Part shown: positions 63,217 through 64,000 of the stretch, piece after piece | Position numbering within the stretch: the stretch's first letter is position 1 | Layout of the letters: each line of letters starts with the position of its first letter | Source: Coriobacteriia bacterium | GTDB taxonomy: Bacteria > Actinomycetota > Coriobacteriia > Anaerosomatales > PALSA-660 | NCBI GenBank assembly: GCA_025361335.1 | Contig: JANYAK010000037.1 | Span: 2,320 to 66,319, forward strand | DNA length: 64,000 nucleotides | Direction: 5' to 3' | Notes under the pieces: generated by a model | Databases searched by the model: none | Seen by the model: the letters and a program-made list of their open reading frames with translations, nothing else | Told to the model about the DNA's origin: nothing | Program-made: the position numbers and the translations under genes

Positions 63217-63711
63217 CTAGTTGATCTTCTTCAGCTCGACTTTGAACACCAATGTGGCGTTGGGCGGGATCGACGCGCCGGCGCCCTGCGCGCCATAGCC
63301 CATCGCGGGCGGGATGGTCAGCATGCGAACGCCGCCGACCTGCATGCCGGCGACGCCTTGGTCCCAGCCCGGGATGACCTCTCCGGCGCCGAGGGTGAAC
63401 TGGAAGGGCGTGCCCGCGTCCTTGGACGAGTCGAACTTCGTGCCGTCCGTCAGCCATCCGGTGTAGTCGACGGACACGCGGTCGCCGGCCTTGGCAGCCG
63501 CGCCCTGGCCGACGGCCGTGTCCTCGACCTTCAGCTCGGTGACGTCAGCCGTCTTGCCAGGCGATACGTCGCCGGACGGCGTCCCCTGCGGGGACGAGAC
63601 CGCAGCAGGCTCGGTCGAGGGCGGGGCGGCTGTGTTCGACGCCGTGCAGCCTGAGACTCCAGCGACGACGAGCGCCGCGGTCAGTACCAGGTAGATCGTC
63701 CGCTTTCTCAC
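63217..63711 (-). CDS. FKBP-type peptidyl-prolyl cis-trans isomerase lipoprotein
   Basis: Lipobox VAGVSGC. FKBP core [18 protein letters not shown]...[37 protein letters not shown] 63711 lies 5 nt after AGGAGG. Confidence 0.9.
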   Translation of the reverse strand: MRKRTIYLVLTAALVVAGVSGCTASNTAAPPSTEPAAVSSPQGTPSGDVSPGKTADVTELKVEDTAVGQGAAAKAGDRVSVDYTGWLTDGTKFDSSKDAGTPFQFTLGAGEVIPGWDQGVAGMQVGGVRMLTIPPAMGYGAQGAGASIPPNATLVFKVELKKIN

Positions 63712-64000
63712 ATCAGCCTCCTGAAAACCAGTTCCGGGGTCCGGCAACAACCGAAGCACCACTCGTGCCAGTAGCAACGGTACCGCATCCTACACCAGCG
63801 ATCGGCGCGCACGCGTCCTACGACCCGGCGTGCGGGGCCCCCGGCTGGGGAACGAACCCATGCGGAAGAACAGCCGCGAGTCCATGCGGAAGGCGACGCC
63901 CGTGCTCCCTATCCAGCCGCAGTCGATCGGGGCCGCTGGGCCGGACCCCGGTGTGGCGGGCCCGGTGGGCGGAGACGGATCAGCCGTTGCCGCGCCGCGG

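Noticed and set aside
63778-64000. Possible partial gene at the right edge (plus-strand ATG 63860 MRKNSRESMRKATPVLPIQ..., or a minus-strand ORF ending at TAG 63790-63792)
   Set aside because: Both frames have high GC3, neither shows a recognisable motif, and the fragment is too short to decide. It is left unannotated.

Overview
This is a high-GC bacterial chromosomal window, roughly two-thirds G+C by eye (not computed). It is densely packed with about 60 protein-coding genes. I could not recognise any rRNA, tRNA, CRISPR array, transposase or integrase. The synteny and gene content look like a Gram-positive Actinomycetota-type genome with anaerobic or facultative traits: tilS-hpt-ftsH-folE, a PafB/PafC-like WYL pair, a PASTA lipoprotein, an L,D-transpeptidase and many lipobox proteins. 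That taxonomic placement is inference only. Ordinary content: an OpuB/OpuC-type osmoprotectant ABC transporter, a class-I disulfide oxidoreductase, transketolase, NDH-2, a COG0402 amidohydrolase, a livJHMGF branched-chain amino-acid transporter, cysK-rrf2, DegV, carbamate kinase, a CDF transporter, a flavodoxin-like protein, an M28 peptidase, a nitroreductase, an alpha/beta hydrolase and an FKBP lipoprotein. Seven things deserve a second look. (1) A ferredoxin:thioredoxin-reductase-like catalytic domain is fused to a Rieske [2Fe-2S] domain and translationally coupled to a CPYC glutaredoxin-like gene. (2) An SGNH(DltD/AlgX-like)-MBOAT-DltX-like trio has no adjacent carrier protein or ligase. 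(3) A complete B12/PLP-dependent oxidative ornithine (Stickland-type) cluster, ord-ortA-ortB-oraS-oraE-reactivase-orr, is interrupted by a stand-alone triple-PASTA lipoprotein gene. (4) A 1384-aa secreted multicopper oxidase carries a triple RFYN..HFYT repeat tail. (5) A PafBC-like WYL pair is coupled to a membrane-anchored beta-propeller. (6) An M19 dipeptidase is frameshifted in a C5 run, which makes the ORF track show a false 724-aa fusion with a DUF1611 gene. (7) There are several unknown-function membrane or secreted operons. The many very long ORFs on the opposite strand of real genes are stop-poor shadow frames typical of high-GC DNA and were rejected. All family assignments come from reading motifs in the supplied translations; no database search was run.
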